Origin: Lachnospiraceae bacterium UBA3732
GTDB taxonomy: Bacteria; Bacillota; Clostridia; Lachnospirales; Lachnospiraceae
DNA: 64,000 nt
NCBI GenBank assembly: GCA_002372545.1
Contig: DFHD01000045.1
Coordinates: forward strand, 6,169 to 70,168
Reading direction: 5' to 3'
The notes below the pieces were generated by a model. That model saw only the letters and a list, made by a program, of their open reading frames with translations, was not told where the DNA came from and did no database searches. Position numbers and translations under genes: made by a program. Shown here one piece after another: positions 29,856 to 39,876 of the stretch (its first letter is position 1; every line of letters starts with the position of its first letter).

Positions 29856-30695
29856 ATGCAGACAGAAAAACAGATAGCGGACAGGGTGCGGGAGCTGACA
29901 ACGCTCTGCCTGGCTAATTCTATTCAGAATGCCCTGACGGTTCAGCTTGGATCCGACTGGTTCCGTTATTTTAAGCAGGAGGAATGTGCGTCCTCCAACA
30001 ATAATCCCATAATCAAAAACAGCCAGAACAGCATATTTGAGTGTGACTTTCAGGCTCTTCTGAAGCTGCTGCGCTTCCGTATGTCCTACCGGATCTATAT
30101 TCTGGATTATTACTATCCGGGAAAGAGCAGGGAGTACGATAAGGGAAGTCCTTTTGATAATCTGTTGTTCCGGCTCATCAATTTCTACCGGAATCAGATC
30201 GATGCCCATCAGAAGGTTATGGATATTTCCGAATATGACACTGTGCATATGACAAATCCCTTTGCCTATGGATATCAGGATGCCATCCAGGATATGAAGC
30301 AGCTGACCCGGATCTTCCGCAGTGTGCAGGATAAAAGGGGTGTTTCCTATTATGACCGGGTAAGTGAGCTGGAAGAGGAATACAACCTGCTGAAAAACCT
30401 GACCTATATCCCGGTTACGGACATCATTTCCCGGGAAATGCCGGATGTGGCCTATGAGGAAGCGGTAGCGGCTATTTGCGAGGCCGGGATCCGGGTGGAG
30501 AATTTCCAAAACCATCTTTCTGTGGTATCCGGTAATTATCCGGAGACAATCCAGCTTCTTCAGCGCGTTTTGCGGCAGCGGGATATGGAAGGAAGAAGCA
30601 TCAGGGATGAACAAAAGGGGATCTCCCCTGTCTGGCTGATCCTTGGCTCCTTAGCCGGGCTTGGCGTTGGCTTCCTGATCGGTTTTGTGATCTGA
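29856..30695 (+). CDS. Swt1-like HEPN-domain protein with C-terminal TM helix
   Basis: LGSDWF...DFQALLKLL...YRNQIDAH; hydrophobic C-terminus; RBS gaggt; promoter TTGACG-17-GATAAT at 29756-29784. Confidence 0.65.
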   Translation: MQTEKQIADRVRELTTLCLANSIQNALTVQLGSDWFRYFKQEECASSNNNPIIKNSQNSIFECDFQALLKLLRFRMSYRIYILDYYYPGKSREYDKGSPFDNLLFRLINFYRNQIDAHQKVMDISEYDTVHMTNPFAYGYQDAIQDMKQLTRIFRSVQDKRGVSYYDRVSELEEEYNLLKNLTYIPVTDIISREMPDVAYEEAVAAICEAGIRVENFQNHLSVVSGNYPETIQLLQRVLRQRDMEGRSIRDEQKGISPVWLILGSLAGLGVGFLIGFVI

Positions 30696-30771
30696 CAGTA
30701 ACTAATACCCGGACTACCCGGGAGAAAGGAGAGAATCCAATTATCAACTGATATTGGATTATCGTGAAAAT

Positions 30772-31314
30772 ATGAGTAAGGTATATGTTCTTCTTGCTGA
30801 TGGATTTGAAGAGGTTGAGGCTCTGACACCGGTGGATCTTCTGCGGAGAGCCGGGGCAGAGGTGATCATGGTTTCCGTTACCGGAAAGAGAGTTGTGACA
30901 GGTGCACGCCGGATTCCCGTACAGGCGGACTGTCTGCTGGGCGAGGAGGGGGATGGCGATATGGTGATCCTTCCCGGCGGAATGCCCGGCACGATTCATC
31001 TGAAGGAGCATCCGGGCGTAAGAAGTCTGGTACAGAGCTATGCTGACAGCGGAAAATATGTTGCGGCGATCTGTGCGGCTCCCACGGTGCTTGGCGATAT
31101 GGGACTTCTCCGGGGGCGTCATGCCACCTGTTATCCGGGGATGGAGGATGGCCTTACCGGCGCAGTTCCGGAGATTTCTCCTGTTGTGCAGGATGGCAGG
31201 ATCATCACCAGCCGCGGCGTGGGAACGGCAATTGCGTTTTCACTGAAGCTGATCGAGATTCTTTTTGGTAAGGATAAGGCGGATACGATCGCTTCCCAAA
31301 TTGTTTACGGCTGA
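30772..31314 (+). CDS. DJ-1/PfpI (ThiJ) family protein
   Basis: GFEEVEA, LPGGMPG, AAICAAP, TCYPG, TSRGVGTA. Confidence 0.93.
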   Translation: MSKVYVLLADGFEEVEALTPVDLLRRAGAEVIMVSVTGKRVVTGARRIPVQADCLLGEEGDGDMVILPGGMPGTIHLKEHPGVRSLVQSYADSGKYVAAICAAPTVLGDMGLLRGRHATCYPGMEDGLTGAVPEISPVVQDGRIITSRGVGTAIAFSLKLIEILFGKDKADTIASQIVYG

Positions 31315-31377
31315 ATTCACTGGTTGCAAATCAAGAACATAAGCAAAGAACCTACTAAGAACATAAGGTAAAGAAAA

Positions 31378-32769
31378 ATGATCAGAATTTCCATTGATGA
31401 ATTATCGAAAATACTAAATGTAAATCCTGTGGCGGGTGAAGGAGCGGACGCGGCATCCCTTTATGTGGATGGCTTCTGTTATGATTCCCGGAAAATCCGC
31501 CCTACGGACCTTTTTCTTCCCTTTAAGGGAGAAAATGTGGATGGACATATGTTTATCGGGAAGGCGCTGGCCGTTGCGGATGTATCGCTGACAGAAAATC
31601 CTGTGGAACAGCCTTTGGCCGGGAAGGTATACTTTCCTGTGGAGTCAGTCGGCGATGCCATGCAGGAGATTGCTCTTTATATCCGCAATAAGTACATGAA
31701 ACCTGTGGTCGGCGTCACCGGAAGTGTGGGAAAGACCACCACGAGAGAAATGACTACGCATGTTCTGGAGAGCGGACTCAGGGTATTCCATACAGAAGGC
31801 AACCAGAATTCCCAGATCGGCGTTCCCGTGACGCTTTCCGGTATAATGGATCATGAGACTGACTGCGCTGTGATCGAGATGGGGATCAGCGAGGAGGGCG
31901 GTATGGATCGTCTCAGCCGTATGGTCCGGCCTTCAGTGGCCATCGTGACCAATATCGGCGTATCTCATATGAAATTTCTAGGTTCCCGGGAGGGAATCCG
32001 GAATGAAAAGCTGAAGATCATTTCCCGGATGGATGAAAACGGCGTCCTTCTGCTCAATGCGGATGACCCTCTTCTCTATGCGGTAAAGGACAGTCTTCCG
32101 GTAAAGGTGGTCACCTACGGCTTTGGAGAGGATGCGGATATCCGGGCAACGGATATCGTTCCCGAGGAGGGAGGCATCCGCTTTACTGTAACGATGGACG
32201 GTGCATCTTCGTCCGTATATCTTTCCGCCGAGGGCGAGCATAATGTGAGAAACGCACTGGCTGCCCTGGGCGCTGCCAGGACACTTGGGCTTTCCCGCGA
32301 AGGGGCAGAGGCTTCACTGGCGACCTTCTCCGGATCGCGGCAGAGGGTGGTGCATGCCGGCGGAATGACGATCATCGACGACTCCTATAATGCCAGCCCG
32401 GATTCCATGCGGGCGGCGCTTTCCGTTCTTCTTTCCCGTAAGGGAAGAAGGGTGGCTGTTCTGGGTGATATGTTCGAGCTGGGAAAGGATGAGATCGCGC
32501 TGCATGAAAGCGTGGGCAGATTTATCCTTGAGGAAGCAGAGAAGGGACGGAAGCTGGATGTTCTGGTAACTGCCGGCCCCATGGCGGATAAGCTGGGAAG
32601 GGCTGCCGGAAATGCTGTTCCCGAGATCATTCATTACGAAGATACAGATGAGGCAGAGAAAAAGCTGGCAGACATCCTCAGGGAAGGCGATACGGTTCTG
32701 TTCAAGGCTTCCAACGGAATGCAGTTCCGCCGTCTGGTCCGGCTGTTTGAGGAGAGTGGAAAAGAATGA
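31378..32769 (+). CDS. murF: UDP-N-acetylmuramoyl-tripeptide--D-Ala-D-Ala ligase
   Basis: DSRKI, GVTGSVGKTTT, IEMG, LNADD, IDDSYNASPDSM, LGDMFELG, FKAS. Confidence 0.95.
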   Translation: MIRISIDELSKILNVNPVAGEGADAASLYVDGFCYDSRKIRPTDLFLPFKGENVDGHMFIGKALAVADVSLTENPVEQPLAGKVYFPVESVGDAMQEIALYIRNKYMKPVVGVTGSVGKTTTREMTTHVLESGLRVFHTEGNQNSQIGVPVTLSGIMDHETDCAVIEMGISEEGGMDRLSRMVRPSVAIVTNIGVSHMKFLGSREGIRNEKLKIISRMDENGVLLLNADDPLLYAVKDSLPVKVVTYGFGEDADIRATDIVPEEGGIRFTVTMDGASSSVYLSAEGEHNVRNALAALGAARTLGLSREGAEASLATFSGSRQRVVHAGGMTIIDDSYNASPDSMRAALSVLLSRKGRRVAVLGDMFELGKDEIALHESVGRFILEEAEKGRKLDVLVTAGPMADKLGRAAGNAVPEIIHYEDTDEAEKKLADILREGDTVLFKASNGMQFRRLVRLFEESGKE

Positions 32770-33305
32770 AAATTGCAGTATTTGCAGGTTCCCTGCCGGG
32801 TAAGAAGGATGCCTATGTACGGGATGCAGGCCTTCTCGGCCGGTGGATCGCCGGGAACGGGCATGAGCTGATCTACGGCGCCGGAATGGAAGGCATGATG
32901 GGAAGGGTGGCCGATGAGGCTCTTTTAGGCGGAGCGGCCGTTACCGGGATCATACCGCAGTTTATGAAGGATGCCGGCTGGTGCAGGGATGGCCTGACGC
33001 ACCTTATCGTAACGAAGGATATGGCGGAGCGGAAGGACAGGATGGCGGAGATGGCAGATGCCTTTATCGCGCTTCCCGGCGGTCTGGGCACCCTGGAGGA
33101 AATCGCAGATGTTATTTCCTGGATGCGGATCGGCTTTTTCGATAAGCCCTTTGTGCTCTTTAACACAGAGGGGTTCTATGACGGGCTCTTCAGCGTGATC
33201 AAAGGCTTTGCAGAGGAGCGGTTCATGGATGAGAGGGATGCAGACCGGCTCCTTCTTTCCTGCGACCTTACGGAGATTAATGAATTTATCAATAAAAGGG
33301 GTTAG
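32766..33305 (+). CDS. LOG-family (TIGR00730) nucleotide phosphoribohydrolase
   Basis: PGGLGTLEE motif, MAERK. Confidence 0.92.
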   Translation: MKIAVFAGSLPGKKDAYVRDAGLLGRWIAGNGHELIYGAGMEGMMGRVADEALLGGAAVTGIIPQFMKDAGWCRDGLTHLIVTKDMAERKDRMAEMADAFIALPGGLGTLEEIADVISWMRIGFFDKPFVLFNTEGFYDGLFSVIKGFAEERFMDERDADRLLLSCDLTEINEFINKRG

Positions 33306-33308
33306 TGC

Positions 33309-34157
33309 ATGGGCTTTATTGAGGAGCTTACCGAACAGAAACTTTTTAAGGCAGCGGTGTATTGCCTGATTGCCTTTCTGATCTTGAAACTTCTGGATCT
33401 GGCCTTTTTTGCCAGAAAAAAGAAGAAGGGTGTTTCCAATCTGCAGGATTCGTTTCTGCGCGGCGTTTTCCGCTTCGCAGTCATAGTGATCCTGGTCCTG
33501 AATGTACTCAGCCTCTGGGACGGCATGCATAAGTTTGCCAATACCATCCTGATGTCCAGTTCCCTTCTGGTTGTTGTCCTGGGCTTTATCTTTCAGGAGG
33601 GGCTCAGCAATATCATTCACGGCTTTATCATCACGGTCTTTAAACCCTTTGATGTGGGTGACCGGATCGAGATGAAGCTGGGAGACAACCGGATTTCCGG
33701 TTATGTGATGTCCATGAATCTTCGCCATACCATTGTAAAGAATATCATGGATAAGTCGGAATCCATTATTCCGAACTCCGTGATGGATTCCACGGTGGTG
33801 AAGAATCTGACTACGCAGCATGAGGAAAACCGGTATCCGCTTTCGATAGCCATTACGTATGAGGATGCGCAGGATCCGGAAAAGCTGGCTCTGGCGAAAA
33901 AGATTCTTTCGGAAACAATCCTGGAGAATCAAAGGACGATAGACCTGAGATCATCAAAAGAAGAGGAACTCTTTATCAATGTGACGCTGGAGGACAGCAG
34001 CGTTAACCTTACCTGCTTTGTGGAGACCCAGACGGCGGAGGATAACTATTATGCGGGCAGTGAGATCCGTCAGGCGCTTCTGGCTCGTTATAAAGAAGCG
34101 GATATAAGCTTTGCTTATCCGCATATTGAGCTGGTAGGTGATGTAAGGCATTCCTGA
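33309..34157 (+). CDS. MscS-family mechanosensitive channel
   Basis: Three N-terminal TMs, QEGLSNII.G, KPFDVGDRI, IIPNS, FAYP. Confidence 0.9.
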   Translation: MGFIEELTEQKLFKAAVYCLIAFLILKLLDLAFFARKKKKGVSNLQDSFLRGVFRFAVIVILVLNVLSLWDGMHKFANTILMSSSLLVVVLGFIFQEGLSNIIHGFIITVFKPFDVGDRIEMKLGDNRISGYVMSMNLRHTIVKNIMDKSESIIPNSVMDSTVVKNLTTQHEENRYPLSIAITYEDAQDPEKLALAKKILSETILENQRTIDLRSSKEEELFINVTLEDSSVNLTCFVETQTAEDNYYAGSEIRQALLARYKEADISFAYPHIELVGDVRHS

Positions 34158-34237
34158 ATCGGTTATCGATCTGTTCTGTATCCGTTCCGAATTGGCTCTG
34201 AATCAGTCCTGAATTTGTGCCTGATTTCTATTTTCAC

Positions 34238-34266
34238 TTGACATGTGTTTGAAAAACAGATACACT
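34238..34266 (+). promoter_or_regulatory. Sigma-A promoter
   Basis: TTGACA-17 bp-TACACT. Confidence 0.65.
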
Positions 34267-34333
34267 TTTCTGTGAAGCTAACGAGCGGTGCGGGTAAGTC
34301 CATGCCCGGACCGGTAAAAAAAGGAGGAAGCGA

Positions 34334-34882
34334 ATGGATAATTACGGCGGATACGATCCGAATCAGGGACAGTATGGTCAGGGCTTTGATCCGAATCAGA
34401 GTTATGATCCGAATCAGGGTTATGACCCGAACCAGGGAATGGGTGGCGGATACAGCCAGCCGGTTTACAGCGAGCCTGTAAAGCAGAGCGGAAATAACAC
34501 GGCAAAGATCGTTGCTATCGTTGTTGTAGTCGTGGCTCTGGCAGCTGCAGCAGTAGTTTTCCTGATGATGAACAAGATCAAGGGAACCTATCAGTCACTG
34601 CACACACCGATTTCCGTAAGCGGAATGACTGTATATGAGGATATTACACTGGAAATGGATGGTAAGAATTTTACCCTTTCCTATGGTAATGTCGAATATG
34701 ACGGACAGAGCTATCCGGAACTCTCCGAGTCAATCGAGGGTACGTATAAAAAGAAGGGCAGCAGAGTTACCTTCTATGTAGATGGTAAGGAATTTGATAA
34801 CGCCGATATCAAAAAGGGTGGCAAGGCGCTTCAGTTCTATGATTCCAACGGAAGCAAGGCATTCATGCTTGAGAAGAAATAA
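34334..34882 (+). CDS. Hypothetical single-pass membrane protein with N-terminal (Y/F)DPNQ(G/S) repeats
   Basis: RBS aaggagga; four repeats, TM helix, beta-rich C-terminal domain. Confidence 0.85.
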   Translation: MDNYGGYDPNQGQYGQGFDPNQSYDPNQGYDPNQGMGGGYSQPVYSEPVKQSGNNTAKIVAIVVVVVALAAAAVVFLMMNKIKGTYQSLHTPISVSGMTVYEDITLEMDGKNFTLSYGNVEYDGQSYPELSESIEGTYKKKGSRVTFYVDGKEFDNADIKKGGKALQFYDSNGSKAFMLEKK

Positions 34883-34890
34883 TAACAGCT

Positions 34891-34920
34891 TCAGCCATAG
34901 GGTTTCCTATGGCTGATTTT
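34891..34920 (+). terminator. Rho-independent terminator
   Basis: tcagccatagg-gttt-cctatggctga-tttt. Confidence 0.8.
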
Positions 34921-34936
34921 ATGTGAGGATAATTGA

Positions 34937-36001
34937 ATGAACTGGAAAGATAATGTGAGGCGTGTGACCCCTTATGTTCCGGGTGAACAGCCGAAGGATA
35001 AAAATATAATCAAACTGAATACAAATGAGAATCCATATCCGCCCTGCCCGGGCGCGGAGAAGGTGCTGAACGGCTTTGATGCGGATTCTCTGAAGAAGTA
35101 CCCGGATCCCAATGTGACGATGCTCAGACAGGCTCTGGCGGACTATCACGGCGTAAGCTTTTCACAGGTATTTGTGGGCGTCGGCTCGGATGACGTACTG
35201 GGCACGGCTTTTCTTACTCTGTTTGGCGGAGATAAGCCGGTGCTGTTCCCGGATCTGACCTATTCCTTTTATCCTGTCTGGGCTGAGCTCTACCGGATTC
35301 CCTTCCGGGAGATCCCGCTGGATGAAAGCTTTCATATCCGTCCCGATGATTACCGGATCCCTTCGGGAGGCGTGATCTTTCCGAATCCCAATGCACCAAC
35401 CGGTATCTATGAAAATAAAGAAAATGTGCGTAAGATCCTGGATCAGAATCGTGACGTGGCAGTGATCGTTGATGAAGCCTATATTGATTTCGCCGGAGAG
35501 GATGCCAGTGTGCTTTCCCTTTTGCCTGAATATGATAATCTGCTTATTGTCAGAACATTCTCGAAATCCCGGTCTCTGGCAGGGGCAAGAATTGCCTACG
35601 CGATCGGAAGTGAGGAGATGATCGACTGCATGCTGGCTATCCGGAATTCCTATAATTCCTATACGATGAATTCGGTTTCCATTGCGGCCGGCACGGCCTC
35701 GGTTGAGGATGATGCTTATTTCCGAAATACAGTAAAGAAAATCTGTGATACCCGGGAAAGATTCACCCGGGAGGCCGAAAAGCTTGGCTTTACGATCCTG
35801 CCTTCCTCTACGAATTTTGTATTTGCCATGCCGCCGGAAAAATGTCCGGCTGCTGAGCTTTTCCGGATGGCGAGAGAGAAGGGGATCTATTTCCGGTATT
35901 TTTCGGCAAAGCGGGCAGAGCCGTATCTCAGGATCACCATTGGAACAGATGAAGAGATGGACCTTGTGCTGGCTTTCTTCCGGGAGGTATATCAAAACTG
36001 A
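34937..36001 (+). CDS. hisC: Histidinol-phosphate aminotransferase
   Basis: PYVPGEQP, KLNTNENPY, GSDD, PNPNAPTG, VDEAYIDF, RTFSKSRSLAGARI. Confidence 0.93.
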   Translation: MNWKDNVRRVTPYVPGEQPKDKNIIKLNTNENPYPPCPGAEKVLNGFDADSLKKYPDPNVTMLRQALADYHGVSFSQVFVGVGSDDVLGTAFLTLFGGDKPVLFPDLTYSFYPVWAELYRIPFREIPLDESFHIRPDDYRIPSGGVIFPNPNAPTGIYENKENVRKILDQNRDVAVIVDEAYIDFAGEDASVLSLLPEYDNLLIVRTFSKSRSLAGARIAYAIGSEEMIDCMLAIRNSYNSYTMNSVSIAAGTASVEDDAYFRNTVKKICDTRERFTREAEKLGFTILPSSTNFVFAMPPEKCPAAELFRMAREKGIYFRYFSAKRAEPYLRITIGTDEEMDLVLAFFREVYQN

Positions 36002-36053
36002 ACGGCAACATGCTCTTGCTTTATCGAAACATTTTCTTGCTTTGTAGAAAGTA

Positions 36054-36082
36054 TTGACAAAAGATAAATACTGTACTACAAT
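36054..36082 (+). promoter_or_regulatory. Sigma-A promoter
   Basis: TTGACA-17 bp-TACAAT. Confidence 0.75.
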
Positions 36083-36153
36083 AAGTAAGCCGGTTCGCGT
36101 CCGGTATTGCTGTTTTCGTGTGTTCCCGGAATACATTAAGGAGGAACACTTTT

Positions 36154-37047
36154 ATGACGGATTTTTTGTCAGAACAAAATGAAACCATCAGGCATCTTAC
36201 GGAGATCAGAGACAGACTTCCTGATTATCTTGATATGTCGGATGTGGAAAAAATAGAAATCTGTGAGACGCAGAGGAATAACGGGGTTCTTGTACCCTGT
36301 ATCCGGGTGTTCTATAAGTCCACCCCTGTCTCACCCTGTGTTTTCCCGCCGTCCTTTTTTCATCTGCCTTATGATCTGGCCGCCGCCTGTGCGGCAAAGG
36401 AGATCGAAAAACGGCTGAAGGGGGCCAGAGAACTTTGCGAAAATCCCGGGCTCAAGGAAAACTGGAAAGACCATGTATTTATCACTCTTGTAAATAGAGA
36501 TAAAAATAAGGCTATGCTGAAAAGTGCGGTTTCCCGGCCATTCTTCGATCTGGAAATGGTTGTCCGCTGGAATCTTCAGCTCTCAGAAGACAGCGGGGTT
36601 ATGCTGTGTCCGGTGAATGCACCGGAAATGCTGGGAGTATCCGGAGAAGAGTTTTTTGAAACGGCCAGAGAGAATACCAGAAGGCTGTTTACCCCGGAGC
36701 TGGAGCTTCTGTCGGATTTCCTGAACAGGATCGGAATGGATGAAGAGGTGGAGGATACGGTTCCCCTTTACATCCTGACCCACAGCGGAAGAACCTTTGG
36801 TGCGGTCATGATGACCTACGAAGATGTGTGCGAAAGAACCGCCGAAAAACTGGGTGGAAGCTTTTATCTGCTTCCATCAAGTCTTCATGAAATGCTGGTT
36901 GTTTCAGAACGAAACAATATCGAAAAAGATGCTTTGAAGGGTATTATTCATGAAGTAAATGACACTTTAATAGACAAATCGGATATATTGTCATACTCGT
37001 TGTATTATTACGATGAGAAAACAAAAAAAATATCCATTGTTCAGTAA
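36154..37047 (+). CDS. DUF5688-like hypothetical protein
   Basis: RNNGV, LYILT..FGA, FYLLPSSLHE, EVN, LSYSLYYYD; RBS aaggagg. Confidence 0.75.
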   Translation: MTDFLSEQNETIRHLTEIRDRLPDYLDMSDVEKIEICETQRNNGVLVPCIRVFYKSTPVSPCVFPPSFFHLPYDLAAACAAKEIEKRLKGARELCENPGLKENWKDHVFITLVNRDKNKAMLKSAVSRPFFDLEMVVRWNLQLSEDSGVMLCPVNAPEMLGVSGEEFFETARENTRRLFTPELELLSDFLNRIGMDEEVEDTVPLYILTHSGRTFGAVMMTYEDVCERTAEKLGGSFYLLPSSLHEMLVVSERNNIEKDALKGIIHEVNDTLIDKSDILSYSLYYYDEKTKKISIVQ

Positions 37048-37131
37048 TTTTGCGCCTTGACGTCTTATTACAAAAGTGATAAAGTAACTAAGGGTTAAAA
37101 AAATGTTACATAGATTTGGAGGAATGTCATC

Positions 37132-37335
37132 ATGGCAAACGGTACAGTAAAGTGGTTCAATAACCAGAAGGGTTACGGTTTCATCACAGATGCAGAGGGT
37201 AAGGATGTGTTTGTACATTACTCTGGTCTGAACATGGAAGGCTTCAAGACTCTTGAAGAGGGTCAGCAGGTTGAGTTCGATGTAACCGAAGGCGAAAAGG
37301 GACCGCAGGCAACCAATGTTACGGTTGTTAAGTAA
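37132..37335 (+). CDS. cspA: Cold-shock protein
   Basis: GTVKWFN, KGYGFI (RNP1), VFVHY (RNP2), KGPQATNV; promoter TTGACG-17-TAAAGT at 37057-37085. Confidence 0.95.
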   Translation: MANGTVKWFNNQKGYGFITDAEGKDVFVHYSGLNMEGFKTLEEGQQVEFDVTEGEKGPQATNVTVVK

Positions 37336-37412
37336 TCTTTCTTTATCAGTTTATCCGGTAATTCCGTTTAAGGATTTTTTATAAAAAAATTCGATGCTGG
37401 TTGAGTAAGAAT

Positions 37413-37444
37413 AAGGAACTGTCTTTGATTGACAGTTCCTTTTT
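37413..37444 (+). terminator. Rho-independent terminator
   Basis: aaggaactgtc-tttgatt-gacagttcctt-ttt. Confidence 0.75.
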
Positions 37445-37489
37445 CTTTGTGGTAAAATGTATGTGGCAAATTAGAAGGGAGACATCAAG

Positions 37490-38074
37490 TTGACAGAAGA
37501 TTTTGTTTCGATGAAAGATAAGATCATTCTTGCTGCCATTGAACTGATCAGCGACGGCGGTCTCGCTTCTGTTGCAACGAAAAATGTTGCCCGCCGGGTG
37601 AATATTGATGAGAGCATGCTGTATAAGTTTTATGGGAATATGGATGATCTCATTAAAGATTCCTGCAAGGCGTATTTTCATTTTGATGAAGCGCTGTTTC
37701 GTTCAGCCGCTTCCAAACCGGGAACCCGTTTGGACAAGATCCGGTATTTTTTTGAAGCTTATGCAACCTACTACGATAATTATTATGCACTCAGTACCAT
37801 TGCCCTCCATTTTGAGGAGCTGCTTCATAATCCGGAAACTAGGGATTGCGTAATTGAGGGGATTAACCGGCGGAGAGAGTTCCTGGCCGGCCTCTTTCAG
37901 GAAGCAATCTATAATCATGAGATCAGGAGCGGAATGGATGGTGGTCAGCTTGCGGATGTGTGTCTCGGATATTTTTCCAGAACCTGCCTGAACCGCAGGA
38001 TCGGGATTAAAAATGGATCCTTTAAGTCGGAGATCATCAAGATGGAGGATGCATTTTTTCGTCTTTTAACCTAG
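37490..38074 (+). CDS. TetR/AcrR family transcriptional regulator
   Basis: KDKIILAAIELI..G..KNVA..V.I.E..LY..Y HTH pattern; TTG start. Confidence 0.85.
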   Translation: MTEDFVSMKDKIILAAIELISDGGLASVATKNVARRVNIDESMLYKFYGNMDDLIKDSCKAYFHFDEALFRSAASKPGTRLDKIRYFFEAYATYYDNYYALSTIALHFEELLHNPETRDCVIEGINRRREFLAGLFQEAIYNHEIRSGMDGGQLADVCLGYFSRTCLNRRIGIKNGSFKSEIIKMEDAFFRLLT

Positions 38075-38096
38075 GATATGAGAGGAGAGTTGAAGC

Positions 38097-38492
38097 ATGA
38101 AGATTTTGATTGCAGAGGATGATGTGGCAAGCGGAAAGTTTCTGACCAAGCTTCTCAGCAAATATGGTGAGGTAGTGCTGACCAGAAACGGTCTGGAAGC
38201 GGTAGACGCTTTTGTTGCGTCTGTGAATGAGGGGCAGGAGTATGATCTTGTCTGCCTGGATATCATGATGCCCAAGCTGGACGGCTACAAAGCCCTTACG
38301 GCCATCCGCGATGCGGAGAGAAAGCTCGGCATTCCCAGAATATCCAGATGCAAGGTGATCATGATCTCTGCGCTTGATGAGGACTTTGACGCGTCCTACG
38401 CCAGCAGCGACTATGATGATTATATCTGCAAACCGATCGATATCGTGAAGTTCAATTCCATGATTCAGAATCTCGGACTGGTAAAGAGTTAA
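38097..38492 (+). CDS. Single-domain response regulator (CheY-like)
   Basis: LIAEDD, YDLVCLDIMMPKLDG, ISA, CKP. Confidence 0.92.
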   Translation: MKILIAEDDVASGKFLTKLLSKYGEVVLTRNGLEAVDAFVASVNEGQEYDLVCLDIMMPKLDGYKALTAIRDAERKLGIPRISRCKVIMISALDEDFDASYASSDYDDYICKPIDIVKFNSMIQNLGLVKS

Positions 38493-38502
38493 TGGAGAGA
38501 AT

Positions 38503-39867
38503 ATGGACCTTTTTGATTATATGCGAAAAGAGGAGCAGAAAAAAGAGTCTCCTCTTGCCAGAAGGATGCGCCCGGAGACTTTGGATGAAGTCGTCGGGCA
38601 ATCTCACATTCTGGGAAAAGACAAATTGCTATCCCGTGCGATCAGGGCAGATAAGCTTGGCTCTGTCATTTTTTACGGCCCGCCGGGCACGGGGAAAACT
38701 ACTCTGGCTGCCGTGATCGCCAATACAACGAAGGCCGAGTTCCGTGATATCAATGCCACTTCTTCCGGTAAGAAGGAGATGGAGGAGGTGATCCGGGAAG
38801 CAAAGGATAACCTCGGGATGTACGGAAAAAAGACCATTCTTTTTATCGATGAGATCCATCGTTTCAATAAAGCCCAGCAGGACTATCTGCTTCCTTATGT
38901 AGAGGACGGCACGGTCACACTGATCGGGGCGACTACAGAAAATCCTTATTTTGAAGTGAATAACGCGCTTATTTCCCGTTCTACGATCTTTCGTCTGAAT
39001 CCGCTGACGAAGGAGGAGATCATGGTTCTCATCCGGCGGGCGGTAACCGACCCGGTTAAGGGAATGGGAATGTACCATGCGGAGATCACGCCTGAGGCTG
39101 TGGAATTCCTTGCGGATGTAGCTGACGGTGATGCCCGGCATGCGCTGAATGCGGTGGAGCTGGGCGTTCTTTCCTCTGACCCGGATCCTGAAACCGGAAA
39201 GATTGTGATCGATCTTGCTGCGGCGGAGGAGTGCATTCAGAGGCGTTCCATCCGGTATGATCAGAGCGGAGACAGTCATTATGATACCATCTCGGCCTTT
39301 ATCAAATCCATGAGGGGGTCGGATCCGGACGCGGCGGTCTATTACCTGGCCAAGATGATCGCGGCAGGCGAACAGGAGACCTTTATTGCCCGCAGGATCA
39401 TGATCTGCGCGGCTGAGGATGTGGGAATGGCTGATCCCCGGGCCATACAGGTGGCTGAGGCCTGTGCGGCGGCGGTTGAGCGCGTGGGCTTTCCGGAGGC
39501 CCAGATCATTCTTGCTGAAGCGGCTATATATGTGGCGTCCGCGCCGAAAAGCAATTCGGTCGTCAATGCTATTTTCGATGCGCTTTCGGCAGTGAAGAAG
39601 TACGGCGATCTGCCGGTTCCGGTTTATCTTCGGGATTCGCATTATCCGGGAGCCGCTGAGCTGGGAGTAAAGGGATACCAATATGCCCACGATTATCCCA
39701 ATCATTTTGTCGATCAGCAGTACCTGCCGGATGAATTGAAGGATGCTGCATTTTATCATCCCTCGCGGCAGGGCGAGGAGGCAAGGGCGGCGGACTGGCT
39801 GGCCTTTCTCCGCGGGTCGGTCGGACGGGAAAAGGCCGGGCAGGCACCTGATCAGACAGAAGCTTAA
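38503..39867 (+). CDS. rarA: Replication-associated recombination protein A (RarA/MgsA)
   Basis: PLARRMRP, GPPGTGKTT, FIDEIHRFNKAQQD, GATTENP, ISAFIKSMRGSDPDAA. Confidence 0.96.
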   Translation: MDLFDYMRKEEQKKESPLARRMRPETLDEVVGQSHILGKDKLLSRAIRADKLGSVIFYGPPGTGKTTLAAVIANTTKAEFRDINATSSGKKEMEEVIREAKDNLGMYGKKTILFIDEIHRFNKAQQDYLLPYVEDGTVTLIGATTENPYFEVNNALISRSTIFRLNPLTKEEIMVLIRRAVTDPVKGMGMYHAEITPEAVEFLADVADGDARHALNAVELGVLSSDPDPETGKIVIDLAAAEECIQRRSIRYDQSGDSHYDTISAFIKSMRGSDPDAAVYYLAKMIAAGEQETFIARRIMICAAEDVGMADPRAIQVAEACAAAVERVGFPEAQIILAEAAIYVASAPKSNSVVNAIFDALSAVKKYGDLPVPVYLRDSHYPGAAELGVKGYQYAHDYPNHFVDQQYLPDELKDAAFYHPSRQGEEARAADWLAFLRGSVGREKAGQAPDQTEA

Positions 39868-39876
39868 GTTTGTTTT

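Noticed and set aside
34155-34230. Degenerate ctgaat-containing short repeats after mscS
   Set aside because: Too decayed to define a unit; likely slippage relics.
36154-37047. DUF5688-like gene as a sign of an integrated element
   Set aside because: No integrase, relaxase or att-like repeats nearby; it is flanked by hisC and cspA.
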